The notes beneath the pieces were generated by a model, which saw nothing but the letters and a program-made list of their open reading frames with translations, did not search any database and was not told the origin of the DNA. The position numbers and the translations under genes were made by a program. Shown in pieces: positions 10,201 to 18,161 of a stretch of 64,000 nucleotides of DNA. Source of the stretch: a virus (taxonomy: Duplodnaviria; Caudoviricetes). How positions within the stretch are numbered: the first letter of the stretch is position 1; each line of letters starts with the position of its first letter. The DNA lies in the IMG/VR virus record IMGVR_UViG_3300037461_001438, positions 26,477-90,476 of that record. The stretch is one strand, 5' to 3'.

Positions 10201-13200
10201 AAACGTCACCGTCGACTTCGCGGCCCAACCGCCGTCGATGATTGCAAACCTTCGCTGTGTCGGCGGCGGGACAAGCTTCACGACCACAGATCTTGAGGTC
10301 ACCTGGGACACCGTTATCAACGAGTATGGCGGCGCATCCATTCTCGACTATAAGGTTGAAGTGCGATCAAGCGATGGGAACACCCTGCGGCGAACCGAAT
10401 TCGTTACGCAGAATTATTACATGTACGACTTCGATAAAAATGTCACCGATGGCGGCCCGACGCCGGCATTGCAGATTCGCGTGTGGGCGCGAAACAAATT
10501 CGACGTTCTCTCCGACACCTTTGCAAGCGCTGTCTTTACGAACCCGGCGCCGCAAAACCCAAGCGGGCTCACTTCATATTCTCCGATGGGCGGAGTTGAA
10601 TTCGGCTGGAACGCAAACACCGAAGCCGACTTCAGCCATTTCATCTATCGGTTTAAAATCGGTGACGACCCCGAGGAGCCCTGGAGCGGGTGGAAACTTG
10701 CTCCGGCAACGGCTTTCTTTAAAATGTTTTCTGAAGACGAAAAAGCGCTTTATGGAGAAACGCCTGAATTTTATTTCGAGATAAAAGCCGTCGATGTCTT
10801 TTTCCAGGAATCAGGTGCCACAGCGTCGAACCAGACTGCAGGTTCGCTCAATATCGACCTTACCGATATCGATGATTTCGCGATCAACGCTTCGAAGATC
10901 TTCATGAAAATTCCGGTCATTCAAAATTTGACCCTAACCGACAACTCGCCTTCAGCTGGACGCATTTCGTGGAGCGACTGCGAAATCTACTACAATGGCA
11001 ACAAGTATGAAATTAACGCTGGCAGCACGCCGGAAAACCCGGAGTCTCCAGCGCTTCCATACAGGTATATTTACTGGAAAGACCTTGCCACCGGAACCAG
11101 CTTCGCCACCGGCTTTCTCGTCTCGCAGGAGCACCCGGCTGACATCGAATCCGACTGGAAATCCGGTGAAGACTTCATCATCGCCGTCAACGTCAACGGG
11201 GTGGCCCAGGAGGCCTGGAACGCAATCGCAAACCAAGTGATCGGGTCAGCCTATATCATGAATGCCGCAATCGAAGATGCCCACATCAAAGAGCTGAACG
11301 GCTCAAAGATCATCGCCTCAAGCTCAATTGCGATCGGCAGCCGCACCTTTGGTGCAGGCGGCATGCAAATCGAATACGATGGCGACCACGGCGCACAATT
11401 TCATATCGGGAACGGATTGACCGGCGATGATGCTCGCTACATGAAATATATCGGAGGTGATGTTCTTCTCAAAGGAACCTTTATCCTCGAAGAAGGATCG
11501 ATGGGATTTGTGCATCTTTCGGATGCGCCAAAATTCTTCAACCAAGGCATAATGCCCACATCGACCCCCGGCGACCAAACAATAAACTTTGCCCTTCTTG
11601 GCCCAACACATGATGGTTATGGCTACGATCCGCAAGGCGGCCCCATATTCGAGCATCCGACATCGGGAACCTTTTCTACTTATTTCACAAAAAACGGATC
11701 AGCGGATTTTAGGACATATACCTATTTTACTTCCGGATCAAATTATTTAGTTTGGAACAATGAACCATCTTTCAACTGTGGGATGGATTCATCTAGTGAT
11801 TATGGAGCAGCTACTTGCGTGCCGGTAATCACAAGAAGCGGACCCGTAAATATCGACTTTACTTATCCATATAACAATTATGCCGATGAAGATGCGATAA
11901 CAAATCCACTTGATAGTTCATATGGGAAAACATGCGTTGCATTAACAAAAAGCTCTCCTTCATATAACGGAACCAACCCACCAGAATACGGGGTCGGATC
12001 GAATAGTGGCCTTTATTTGGTCCTCGGACTCAATTCCTCAGACTTGGGCGGCAATGCAAGCGGTAAATTAAGAGTCATCCAAAGGGTGAATGGGACAAAC
12101 ACAACTGTTGCAAGCGTTAACCATACCTATACAAACAGAAGAATCTACACCGGGTCATCAAATCCTTGGAGATATATATGGACAAATTCTGTCGACAATC
12201 CAACATACGCGTCATCAACCACTGAAAATTCAATCATTAGATTCCAAGACGGAGCTAAAAAAATAATAAAGCTAAGAATGTGGCGACAGGGCTCCAATCA
12301 AGTACCAAGTGCTGTTGAGATCCAAGGATCAAACACGGGTTCGTTCACAGGAGAACAAACAACAATTTACACAAACAGTTCACTTGGGACATGGTCTTAC
12401 CCGGCGTGGAAAGATCTTACTTTTGAAAATCTAAACAGCTATGAATATTATAAAATAATCCTAACCTTCCCGTCTGTGAACTGGACTAGCATGACTTCCA
12501 TGCAAATAATGGATGCAAGCAATATTAATCTTGGAACCCCAAAATTTTCAAGATTTAGCTGGTCAATTGACTTTGACGATCATACATTTTCAGTATATGA
12601 AGATGGGGCCACAGTCATCAGTAACCAAAGTTTTTCTTCGTCGATCGATTCTTATTTGACAAGCAATGTCCAATTTAGCTTCTACAATTTTCAAACATAC
12701 AAAGGCATGAAATGTTTCCAAAATGTTAAAATATGGGCAAATGAATTCAACCCTGATCCGAACTCAATAACTATCGGGAAGATCAGCTCTAATGCTGCAA
12801 GGGCATGGCTTAGATTTGAAAATGTAAATATTCCCAAAAATGCGACAATTAACTCTGCAAAATTAGTTTTTAATTCAAAATCGCAACTTTCAGGAACTGT
12901 TAATGTAAGAATCCAAATTGAGAATGCTGAAAACCCATTGGTGCCAGTGTATTATTCCGATCTTGTCGGAAGATCACTTGGAACTGCAAGTGACAAATCA
13001 ATCACTTCACAATGGAACGCTGAACAATCTTACGAGATAACAGGTCTTGAAGCCATTTTTGAAGAGCACTTTGGAAGATCATATTGGCAGGAAGGGAATA
13101 CAATCCAAATTCATATTCTGGACAATGGATCATCTTCCAGCGTCAATAGAATGATTTACTCTTACGAAGCAAACATAAATAAAAAAGCATATCTTGTCAT

Positions 13201-13813
13201 TAACGTCGACACCCAGGAATATACGTTGCGCGCCAAGGATCTGTGGCGAAACACGAACAACGGAACTCTTTATATTTACAGCGGGACTGAATGGCTCCCG
13301 GTGACAAACTCGGTTGAACTCGGTGACATCGCCTTCAATAACATCGTCAAAAAATACCATCTGGAATATGGCAATGTCGGCGGCCGGGTACTTGAATCGG
13401 TCACCGGGACATTCGTCCCCGGCTTTGTTTACATGGGCAACAAAACCGCCGCAACCGCCGTTACCACCAGCGCAACCGCTGTGGCCACAGCTGATGCGCT
13501 TACGGCATCCGGTGCCGATGACGAATTCTTCCTTGTCGTTGCCGATGGCGTTGGCACGGCTGGAAGCGACAACTCCGGTACCTTGACCTGGGCCAACACC
13601 TCTATCAAGCTTGAAGCGAAAGAAGGCGCCGGCTCCTGGACCCAGATCGGCGATACCTACACAATAAAAGACTGCGGTTACGGGAAGTCGCTTTCGATTA
13701 GCCATCTCTATACACCAACCGCCGCTGGAGCGACTCAGTTTAGGGCCACAATAGAGGGGGCCTCGGGGCTCTTGCAGACGGTAAATATTCAGGTTGTTCA
13801 TCATAAAGGTTGA
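7244..13813 (+). CDS. Central tail fibre / host-specificity J-like protein with N-terminal gpI-like domain and C-terminal carbohydrate-binding-like insert
   Basis: Start taken at 7244 (GGAAGGA Shine-Dalgarno). Gly linker, hydrophobic Gly/Ala stretch, GPVPKIYGKHRVFP, T(G/L)VALRIKASNQLNG, GDRVRLTHD and FN3-like repeats; the region near 11575-13220 is AT-rich. Confidence 0.9.
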   Translation: MEKVLVACRKNPFIPGHADVELAEGGTIAEILDQVGLMKTAEIHSGIFVFIDDRLIERDAWQTTKPTNGSTVSIGIAPGGGGGGGGGKNAMRTVAMIAVMVIAIAASYGAATVLAPGMGFAAGGLGASIIGGIAGAAVGIAGAMLVNALIPPPTPKNSSDSGPNYLSRMGNRMDPYGPVPKIYGKHRVFPRYASMPYTELVGSKENYLHCLFLIGKGKYDLSDFKIGDTALSSYQGVEMAIYNTDYTLDFPLFPNDVGEESLSILLEQNVQHVRTTTTDVEHISLEFTFPEGLYRISSSGGRRATTVEFTIEYSPKNQNNWKAMGGTRINVANNPTTLLAVGQTATSATGSGTIAKIHYSVIQQFVETIEIIESYGIGWCPESGGCYNVIRYEDVYQDVTVVSAIDVSVTSGSFSASQTVQVEYSPGNYVNLTSTSVYLNPSTVHDENGAPFRWGTSFDVPKGQYDIRVTRTSSHSESNHYYSTYWTVLRGVTKQVPVTLTGCTLVALRIKASNQLNGVLDQFNCMAEGFVEVWDGANWTLAKSRSPVWAFVDILCGTSNKRPISKSRIDLDAAIGWHHYCVEEGFNFDAIIDYKTTVWELLRQVCAVGRGSPGMTDNKFTIIGDMPKPMPVQHFSPRNSWGFSGSRVFPDIPHALRVRFPNEVKQYEEDECIIYDDGYNSGNATIYETIEFFGVTNYNHCWKLGRYHLATLRLRPETYQFNTDVEHMVCTRGDRVRLTHDVLLVGLGQGRIKSISTTSISIDDEVVMVTGKTYGFQFRRSDGTFKTCTLTTVNGTHPAGTALTISPAMNPADLPAVGDLAFWGESEHEAIEVVVSRIEPGPDLTAKLTCIPYNEAIYTADQGTIPIWDSNITLPPVVDRRPPKPKIVSSIYNYRPEQLNPDGTVALIMSVGFSMNATGFLISGYPETSAGFIAQYREDDAQWTELPHLSREQRKFEFPVKNGLVYDMRIRSFNYPNGLSDWDTLENVTVDFAAQPPSMIANLRCVGGGTSFTTTDLEVTWDTVINEYGGASILDYKVEVRSSDGNTLRRTEFVTQNYYMYDFDKNVTDGGPTPALQIRVWARNKFDVLSDTFASAVFTNPAPQNPSGLTSYSPMGGVEFGWNANTEADFSHFIYRFKIGDDPEEPWSGWKLAPATAFFKMFSEDEKALYGETPEFYFEIKAVDVFFQESGATASNQTAGSLNIDLTDIDDFAINASKIFMKIPVIQNLTLTDNSPSAGRISWSDCEIYYNGNKYEINAGSTPENPESPALPYRYIYWKDLATGTSFATGFLVSQEHPADIESDWKSGEDFIIAVNVNGVAQEAWNAIANQVIGSAYIMNAAIEDAHIKELNGSKIIASSSIAIGSRTFGAGGMQIEYDGDHGAQFHIGNGLTGDDARYMKYIGGDVLLKGTFILEEGSMGFVHLSDAPKFFNQGIMPTSTPGDQTINFALLGPTHDGYGYDPQGGPIFEHPTSGTFSTYFTKNGSADFRTYTYFTSGSNYLVWNNEPSFNCGMDSSSDYGAATCVPVITRSGPVNIDFTYPYNNYADEDAITNPLDSSYGKTCVALTKSSPSYNGTNPPEYGVGSNSGLYLVLGLNSSDLGGNASGKLRVIQRVNGTNTTVASVNHTYTNRRIYTGSSNPWRYIWTNSVDNPTYASSTTENSIIRFQDGAKKIIKLRMWRQGSNQVPSAVEIQGSNTGSFTGEQTTIYTNSSLGTWSYPAWKDLTFENLNSYEYYKIILTFPSVNWTSMTSMQIMDASNINLGTPKFSRFSWSIDFDDHTFSVYEDGATVISNQSFSSSIDSYLTSNVQFSFYNFQTYKGMKCFQNVKIWANEFNPDPNSITIGKISSNAARAWLRFENVNIPKNATINSAKLVFNSKSQLSGTVNVRIQIENAENPLVPVYYSDLVGRSLGTASDKSITSQWNAEQSYEITGLEAIFEEHFGRSYWQEGNTIQIHILDNGSSSSVNRMIYSYEANINKKAYLVINVDTQEYTLRAKDLWRNTNNGTLYIYSGTEWLPVTNSVELGDIAFNNIVKKYHLEYGNVGGRVLESVTGTFVPGFVYMGNKTAATAVTTSATAVATADALTASGADDEFFLVVADGVGTAGSDNSGTLTWANTSIKLEAKEGAGSWTQIGDTYTIKDCGYGKSLSISHLYTPTAAGATQFRATIEGASGLLQTVNIQVVHHKG

Positions 13814-13838
13814 CGTTCAATCTCTCATTTAGTAAGAT
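13810..13838 (+). promoter_or_regulatory. Sigma70-like promoter for the lysis block
   Basis: TTGACG-17 nt-TAAGAT, overlapping the J stop codon, 40 nt before the next ATG. Confidence 0.6.
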
Positions 13839-13877
13839 TGTCTAAACGGGGGAATACGCTTCCAGGAGCCTATAACA

Positions 13878-14297
13878 ATGGACAATTCCAGTGCCGTGAT
13901 ATCCACATTGTGGCCGTATATCATGACGGTTCTTGGCGGTATCCTGTCGATCATGGTCGCTGTTTTAATTAAGAAAATCGGCAACATAGACACTCTTACC
14001 GAAAAATTAAACAACCACCTTATCTCATTTGAAAAAACTCTTGCAGGCCTTGTCACCGACAATGACTGCCGGGCGGCCCGCGAAGCCTGCGTAAAGCTGA
14101 ATAAAGCCCTTATCCAGGCCCCTCTCGAAAAAGCCATTTCAGAACACGAAGAAGAATCTGCCGAAAGAATCGATGGCATCGAAAAAGATGTCGAAGAGCT
14201 CTGGTTTGCCGTTCGTCACCACATACATTCCAAGGAGGGAGTAATCGTTGAAGATACCCCGAAACGCTATTCCCCTCCCGGCATGAGGACGTCATGA
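13878..14297 (+). CDS. Single-TM protein with coiled coil (holin/antiholin-like)
   Basis: N-terminal TM helix (LWPYIMTVLGGILSIMVAVLI); first gene after the tail. Confidence 0.5.
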   Translation: MDNSSAVISTLWPYIMTVLGGILSIMVAVLIKKIGNIDTLTEKLNNHLISFEKTLAGLVTDNDCRAAREACVKLNKALIQAPLEKAISEHEEESAERIDGIEKDVEELWFAVRHHIHSKEGVIVEDTPKRYSPPGMRTS

Positions 14298-14620
14298 AAA
14301 ATCTTGCCCCTGGAATCAAGTCAAGCGAATTCATCGGCCTTGCCGCCTATCTCGTCTACATGATCCTCTCTGGCACCGGGCTGATCGAACCTGGTGGTCA
14401 CGCCGACATCGTGAAAGGCTTCGAGAAAGCCCCCGATGCAATCGCCGCCGTAATCCAGCTTGTTCAAAACTTCGGCGAGCAAACCCTTGTGGGTGGACTC
14501 CTCTGGGCCTACATCAAACGCAGGTCGGCCCTCAAGAACAACCAGATAAAAGTAGATGTCATTCAGGCTCAGGCACAGCTTGAAAAATACCGTGCGCTCT
14601 ATGTCCAGCAGCCTAAATGA
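14294..14620 (+). CDS. Putative holin
   Basis: 108 aa with PGIKSSEF start, two hydrophobic segments and a charged C-terminus; lies upstream of the endolysin. Confidence 0.55.
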   Translation: MKNLAPGIKSSEFIGLAAYLVYMILSGTGLIEPGGHADIVKGFEKAPDAIAAVIQLVQNFGEQTLVGGLLWAYIKRRSALKNNQIKVDVIQAQAQLEKYRALYVQQPK

Positions 14621-14810
14621 AAAAAAGATTTTTTGCACGCGTGTCATTCTCACCATTTGTGAGGCATACCCGCAGCGGACCCAGCACGAGTGCGCGCTTT
14701 ATGAGCCCAACCTGAGAAGGACACATTGCCGCTTCTTTTTAAGAGAAGGGCCGGGGTTATGTTCACACCCGTCAATCCCTCAACTCTTCAATCTGAAGGC
14801 GCCGATATGA
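14601..14810 (+). CDS. Small Cys-rich hypothetical protein
   Basis: Five spaced Cys in a frame that fills the gap and ends in an ATGA overlap with the next gene; start uncertain. Confidence 0.4.
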   Translation: MSSSLNEKKIFCTRVILTICEAYPQRTQHECALYEPNLRRTHCRFFLREGPGLCSHPSIPQLFNLKAPI

Positions 14811-15331
14811 TCTACCTCGATATCAAAGACGTTGAATCGATCAAGGAAGAAGACCTGCCGCTGCTTGTTTTGAGTTCCGATGCCAAAAGCTTCCTCGCCT
14901 GGGCGATCAGGCGGCGCACCAACTCCCATTACAGCCACCTCATGTGGCTCCACAGGCCCGGCTATTTCGCCTCGCAGGATCTCTGGTATCGCGAAGTGCC
15001 GATCATGAAATATGACGGTGTCCGACTGAAGCTGTGGCGCGGCAAGAACTGGACGGCAACCGACAAGCTGAACATCACCGCCCGCATCAACCAGGAACTC
15101 GCCAAACCGGCGCTCGACACCCGCTACGACATGCTGGCCATCGTCGGACAGCTCTTCGGCCTTGTCAGCATCCAGGTGCCCTGGACAAAAATCTGCTCCG
15201 ACTGGGCCGAGCTGCTCAAGATCGCCGACCCGTTCTACAACCTCAAGTGCCCCGATCCCGGCGACGTCAACCAATGGCTGAATGAAAGACAGGATCAGTA
15301 TGAATGTTTTGCGCGCTATATTCCTGATTAG
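14807..15331 (+). CDS. Permuted papain-like NlpC/P60 (YiiX/YebB-like) amidase
   Basis: LAWAIRRRTNSHYSHLM (His first), then YDMLAIVG...KICSDW (Cys later), the circularly permuted order. Confidence 0.75.
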   Translation: MIYLDIKDVESIKEEDLPLLVLSSDAKSFLAWAIRRRTNSHYSHLMWLHRPGYFASQDLWYREVPIMKYDGVRLKLWRGKNWTATDKLNITARINQELAKPALDTRYDMLAIVGQLFGLVSIQVPWTKICSDWAELLKIADPFYNLKCPDPGDVNQWLNERQDQYECFARYIPD

Positions 15332-15517
15332 CCTTCTTTGCGGCTGCTCAGTCGTCCAGACACCGCGGGAATACAATCTCTATTTGCACAACTGACAAGA
15401 CGTTACCGTGCGCTTGGAGGTCCAGGCGGAACACAAAGACCAGATAAAGCAAGATACGTCTCCGACAACCGATGCGAACATCCCGCTGTCGATCGTGCCA
15501 AAATAAAGGGGGAAAGG

Positions 15518-16090
15518 ATGGCGAACTTTGAACGAGCTTTTGCAAAAACATCCGCAATTGAAGGAGGCTATAGCGACAACCCTTCAGATCGTGGAGGGGA
15601 AACTTATCGCGGTATATCACGTCGACGATGGCCCCTCTGGCCAGGATGGGAACGAATCGACCAAATCAAAAAAGAGCCGGGGTTCCCGCAGACGGCCCAG
15701 TACCTTCAGCTGGAAGAAGACGTAAGGAAGCTCTACAAAATGCACTTTTGGGACATGCTCCATGGCGACATGAACCCGGCGCAATCGGTTGCCGAAGTAC
15801 TGTTTGATTTCGGCGTCAATGCCGGTGTGGCCACGGCCGTCCGGTACTTGCAGGAGTGCCTGAACGTCATGAACCGCATGGGCACCCGTTGGCCCGACAT
15901 CAAAGTCGACGGCAAGATGGGGCCCGCTACAATGCAGGCCATCGCCGCCTGCTGCCTGCAAAAATACAAATATGAAGACGTCCTGATCAAGATGTTCAAA
16001 GGCCGAATGCTGAACCATTACTATGCCATCATGGTCAACGATCAAAGCCAGGAGGAGTTTGCAATCGGATGGATTCGAAGAGCGTCGTAA
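15518..16090 (+). CDS. Endolysin, glycoside hydrolase family 108 with peptidoglycan-binding domain
   Basis: EGGYSDNPSDRGGETYRGIS signature, FDFGVNAG, VDGKMGPATM; strong Shine-Dalgarno before 15518. Confidence 0.92.
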   Translation: MANFERAFAKTSAIEGGYSDNPSDRGGETYRGISRRRWPLWPGWERIDQIKKEPGFPQTAQYLQLEEDVRKLYKMHFWDMLHGDMNPAQSVAEVLFDFGVNAGVATAVRYLQECLNVMNRMGTRWPDIKVDGKMGPATMQAIAACCLQKYKYEDVLIKMFKGRMLNHYYAIMVNDQSQEEFAIGWIRRAS

Positions 16091-16272
16091 CATGCCCAAG
16101 ATGCAAGTCGCCCCTTGAGAGAATGATGAACTCGAGGGACAAGTACAACTGCAAGAAATGCAGCGATGAGTCCGGGAAGTACATCATTTGGACAAATCAA
16201 TTTCTTGAAGGCTTTAAAATGGGAGTGGAGCAAACCCGTGGCGATCTACTCGGTGTTCAGCGACCTTGCTGA
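16069..16272 (+). CDS. Small zinc-ribbon protein
   Basis: CPRC...CKKC, 67 aa. Confidence 0.5.
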   Translation: MDSKSVVTCPRCKSPLERMMNSRDKYNCKKCSDESGKYIIWTNQFLEGFKMGVEQTRGDLLGVQRPC

Positions 16273-16297
16273 AAGCAAAAGTATCATCTACCCGTAC

Positions 16298-16669
16298 ATG
16301 CTGATCTATGACTCGCTGCACCCCGAGCTGCAGCGGCTCATCGACGCCGTCTCGCAACACTTCGACATTGTCCTTATCGAAGGCCACCGCAGCGAGGAAC
16401 GCCAAAACTCCATGCGCAAGGCCCGCAGGGCGAGGAGGCTTTTCCCGAAGAGCAAGCACAACCGGATGCCGTCCGAGGCCGTCGACCTGATGCCTTATCC
16501 GCTGAACTACAGAAACATCGCCCAGGTCGCCTTCCTTGCAGGGCACATAAGAATGACAGCTATCGCCCTCGGAATAAAAATCAAGTGGGACGCCGACCCG
16601 TACAACCAGAACTTGATCAGCGAAAAAATAAAACCATACCGCAGGATCCACCACTACGAGCTTGTATGA
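16298..16669 (+). CDS. M15-family (L-Ala-D-Glu) peptidase-like second endolysin
   Basis: LHPELQRL, IEGHRSEERQ, SKHN...AVDLMPYP and C-terminal HYEL, as in T5/Ply500-type endopeptidases. Confidence 0.8.
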   Translation: MLIYDSLHPELQRLIDAVSQHFDIVLIEGHRSEERQNSMRKARRARRLFPKSKHNRMPSEAVDLMPYPLNYRNIAQVAFLAGHIRMTAIALGIKIKWDADPYNQNLISEKIKPYRRIHHYELV

Positions 16670-17265
16670 ACATCGAAAACTTCATCGAAGAGTTCGACCA
16701 GGTGTTCCCGGAGTACGAGCGCTTTACCCCGTCGGTCGAAGGGTACCTTGACCCGGTGCCCGAGATTGCCGGCGTCTGCGCGCCGAAGCTCCTGTGGCTG
16801 CTGAACCTCGCCTATTCGTTCCTTGCGCCAAACGAGGCCTATCTCGAGATCGGCGCCCACCACGGCAAAGGGCTCATCTCGGCGATCCGGTACAACGACG
16901 AGCGGCCGATCTATGTATGCGACGATTTCTCCTGCAAACCGGAGGCGTGTGTGGAGTTTTCGAAAAACATGCGCAGGGCGCGGCTGACAGACCGGATCGT
17001 CTATTTCAATTCGGACCCGCTCAACATTCTCAACAAACGCTCGATCCCGCACAAGGTCGGGGCCTGTTTCGTGAACGACACCATTCACCCGCTCTCTGCC
17101 ATCGAGCCGGTGCTTGCCAAGGAATCGCTTGTCATCGTCGGCAAGGACGATATCCCAAGGCCGGCCGCCGGCTGGGAACTCCTCTACAATCTGCCATCCA
17201 TGCGGCCACACGACCCGCTTACCTGGTGGGACGGGGCCAGCGTTTTTTCATTCAAACAGCCATAG
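16666..17265 (+). CDS. Class I SAM-dependent methyltransferase (Methyltransf_24-like)
   Basis: YLEIGAHHGKGL motif I, VCDDFS, FVND; ATGA-type overlap with the previous gene. Confidence 0.7.
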   Translation: MNIENFIEEFDQVFPEYERFTPSVEGYLDPVPEIAGVCAPKLLWLLNLAYSFLAPNEAYLEIGAHHGKGLISAIRYNDERPIYVCDDFSCKPEACVEFSKNMRRARLTDRIVYFNSDPLNILNKRSIPHKVGACFVNDTIHPLSAIEPVLAKESLVIVGKDDIPRPAAGWELLYNLPSMRPHDPLTWWDGASVFSFKQP

Positions 17266-17273
17266 GAGGACAA

Positions 17274-17753
17274 ATGAAGGAAAAACTTATCATCATCGTC
17301 GTTGCGATCTTTATTCTTTTTGGGTGCGCCGGACTCGAGCCGTCGAAGTCGGTCTGCAACGAGGCGCGGCCGGCGCAATTCGTCGGCATGGAAAGTCATA
17401 TCTGCGCCACCGCGGCCATGGCCGGAATGGTACCCGAAGACATCGACGGTCTTCTTCTCGATGCGACGGCAATGGCCTTCGTGACTGATGCTGTCAAAAT
17501 CAAGGACATCGAGGTCTTCCTCAACAAGGCGCGCAAGTTCCTGAAGCCGGATCAGCAATGCGCCGGGGTAAGCTTCAATGCCTTTATCGATTTTATCGAC
17601 CTTGAGGCCGAGAAGGCCATCGTTCTCAAAAGCGTGATCAACCGCCGGGTCTACGCCTTCCGGTCGCTTAAGACGATCAACGCGTTTGATTGCTGGATGC
17701 TCGAGCAAAGCATGCTGCACCAGGCCGAGCAGTTTGGTTTGAAGGTGATGTGA
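17274..17753 (+). CDS. Lipoprotein of unknown function (spanin candidate by position)
   Basis: AGGAGG Shine-Dalgarno; signal peptide with lipobox LFGC. Confidence 0.65.
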   Translation: MKEKLIIIVVAIFILFGCAGLEPSKSVCNEARPAQFVGMESHICATAAMAGMVPEDIDGLLLDATAMAFVTDAVKIKDIEVFLNKARKFLKPDQQCAGVSFNAFIDFIDLEAEKAIVLKSVINRRVYAFRSLKTINAFDCWMLEQSMLHQAEQFGLKVM

Positions 17754-17941
17754 TGCCGCTCTATCAATATCGCTGCCAGGAGTGCCAACAAATATCCGAG
17801 GTGATCGCGCCGATGGAGAAGTCGAACGCCTCGGTGCAGTGCCCCTACTGCAAGGCGATCGCCACCCGGATCATTTCGCCCACTCCGACGGTCAGCCGGC
17901 TCAATGTCCGGATCGGGAAAAAACGGCGCCGAATCGCTTAA
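17753..17941 (+). CDS. FmdB-family zinc-ribbon protein
   Basis: MPLYQYRCQECQQISE...CPYC...RIIS signature. Confidence 0.85.
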   Translation: MPLYQYRCQECQQISEVIAPMEKSNASVQCPYCKAIATRIISPTPTVSRLNVRIGKKRRRIA

Positions 17942-17942
17942 A

Positions 17943-18161
17943 CCGCCGCCAGCACCCGCCGCCACCCATGACCATTGAAATTGTAACTATTTGATTTTAT
18001 TGGTCGGGGCGGTCAGATTTGAACTGACGGCCCCCTGCTCCCAAAGCAGGGGGCCCGTCCTTGGAAGCCTTATTTCCCAAGCTTTTCAGGCTTCCTCTTT
18101 CCGCCTGGACCCGCCGCCAAGGGCTTTTTTGGCCCAAATCCGCCGCCAGCAGCCGCCGCCA
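17943..18161 (+). repeat. Five direct CCGCCGCCA repeats flanking the att core (candidate integrase arm sites)
   Basis: Exact 9-mers at 17943, 17956, 18111, 18140 and 18153. Confidence 0.7.
18001..18050 (-). other. attP: attP core: 3' half of tRNA-Pro(UGG)
   Basis: The minus strand reads CCTGC-TTTGGGA-GCAGG...GTCAG-TTCAAAT-CTGAC-CGCCCCG-A-CCA (anticodon arm through CCA). There is no D-arm or 5' acceptor strand upstream. It lies 20 bp from the integrase stop. Confidence 0.9.

Noticed and set aside
11500-13813. Diversity-generating retroelement targeting the tail fibre
   Set aside because: No reverse transcriptase motif (YxDD) in any ORF and no template/variable repeat pair differing at adenines was seen in the window.
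14617-14630. Homopolymer slippage (ATG followed by A7) needed to express the Cys-rich ORF
   Set aside because: An in-frame ATG at 14601 explains the ORF without a shift, and similar overlaps are common in this genome; a one-base error cannot be excluded without reads.
18001-18075. Complete tRNA-Pro gene
   Set aside because: Only the anticodon arm through CCA is present; the sequence 5' of it cannot form a D-arm or acceptor strand, so it is treated as the att core.
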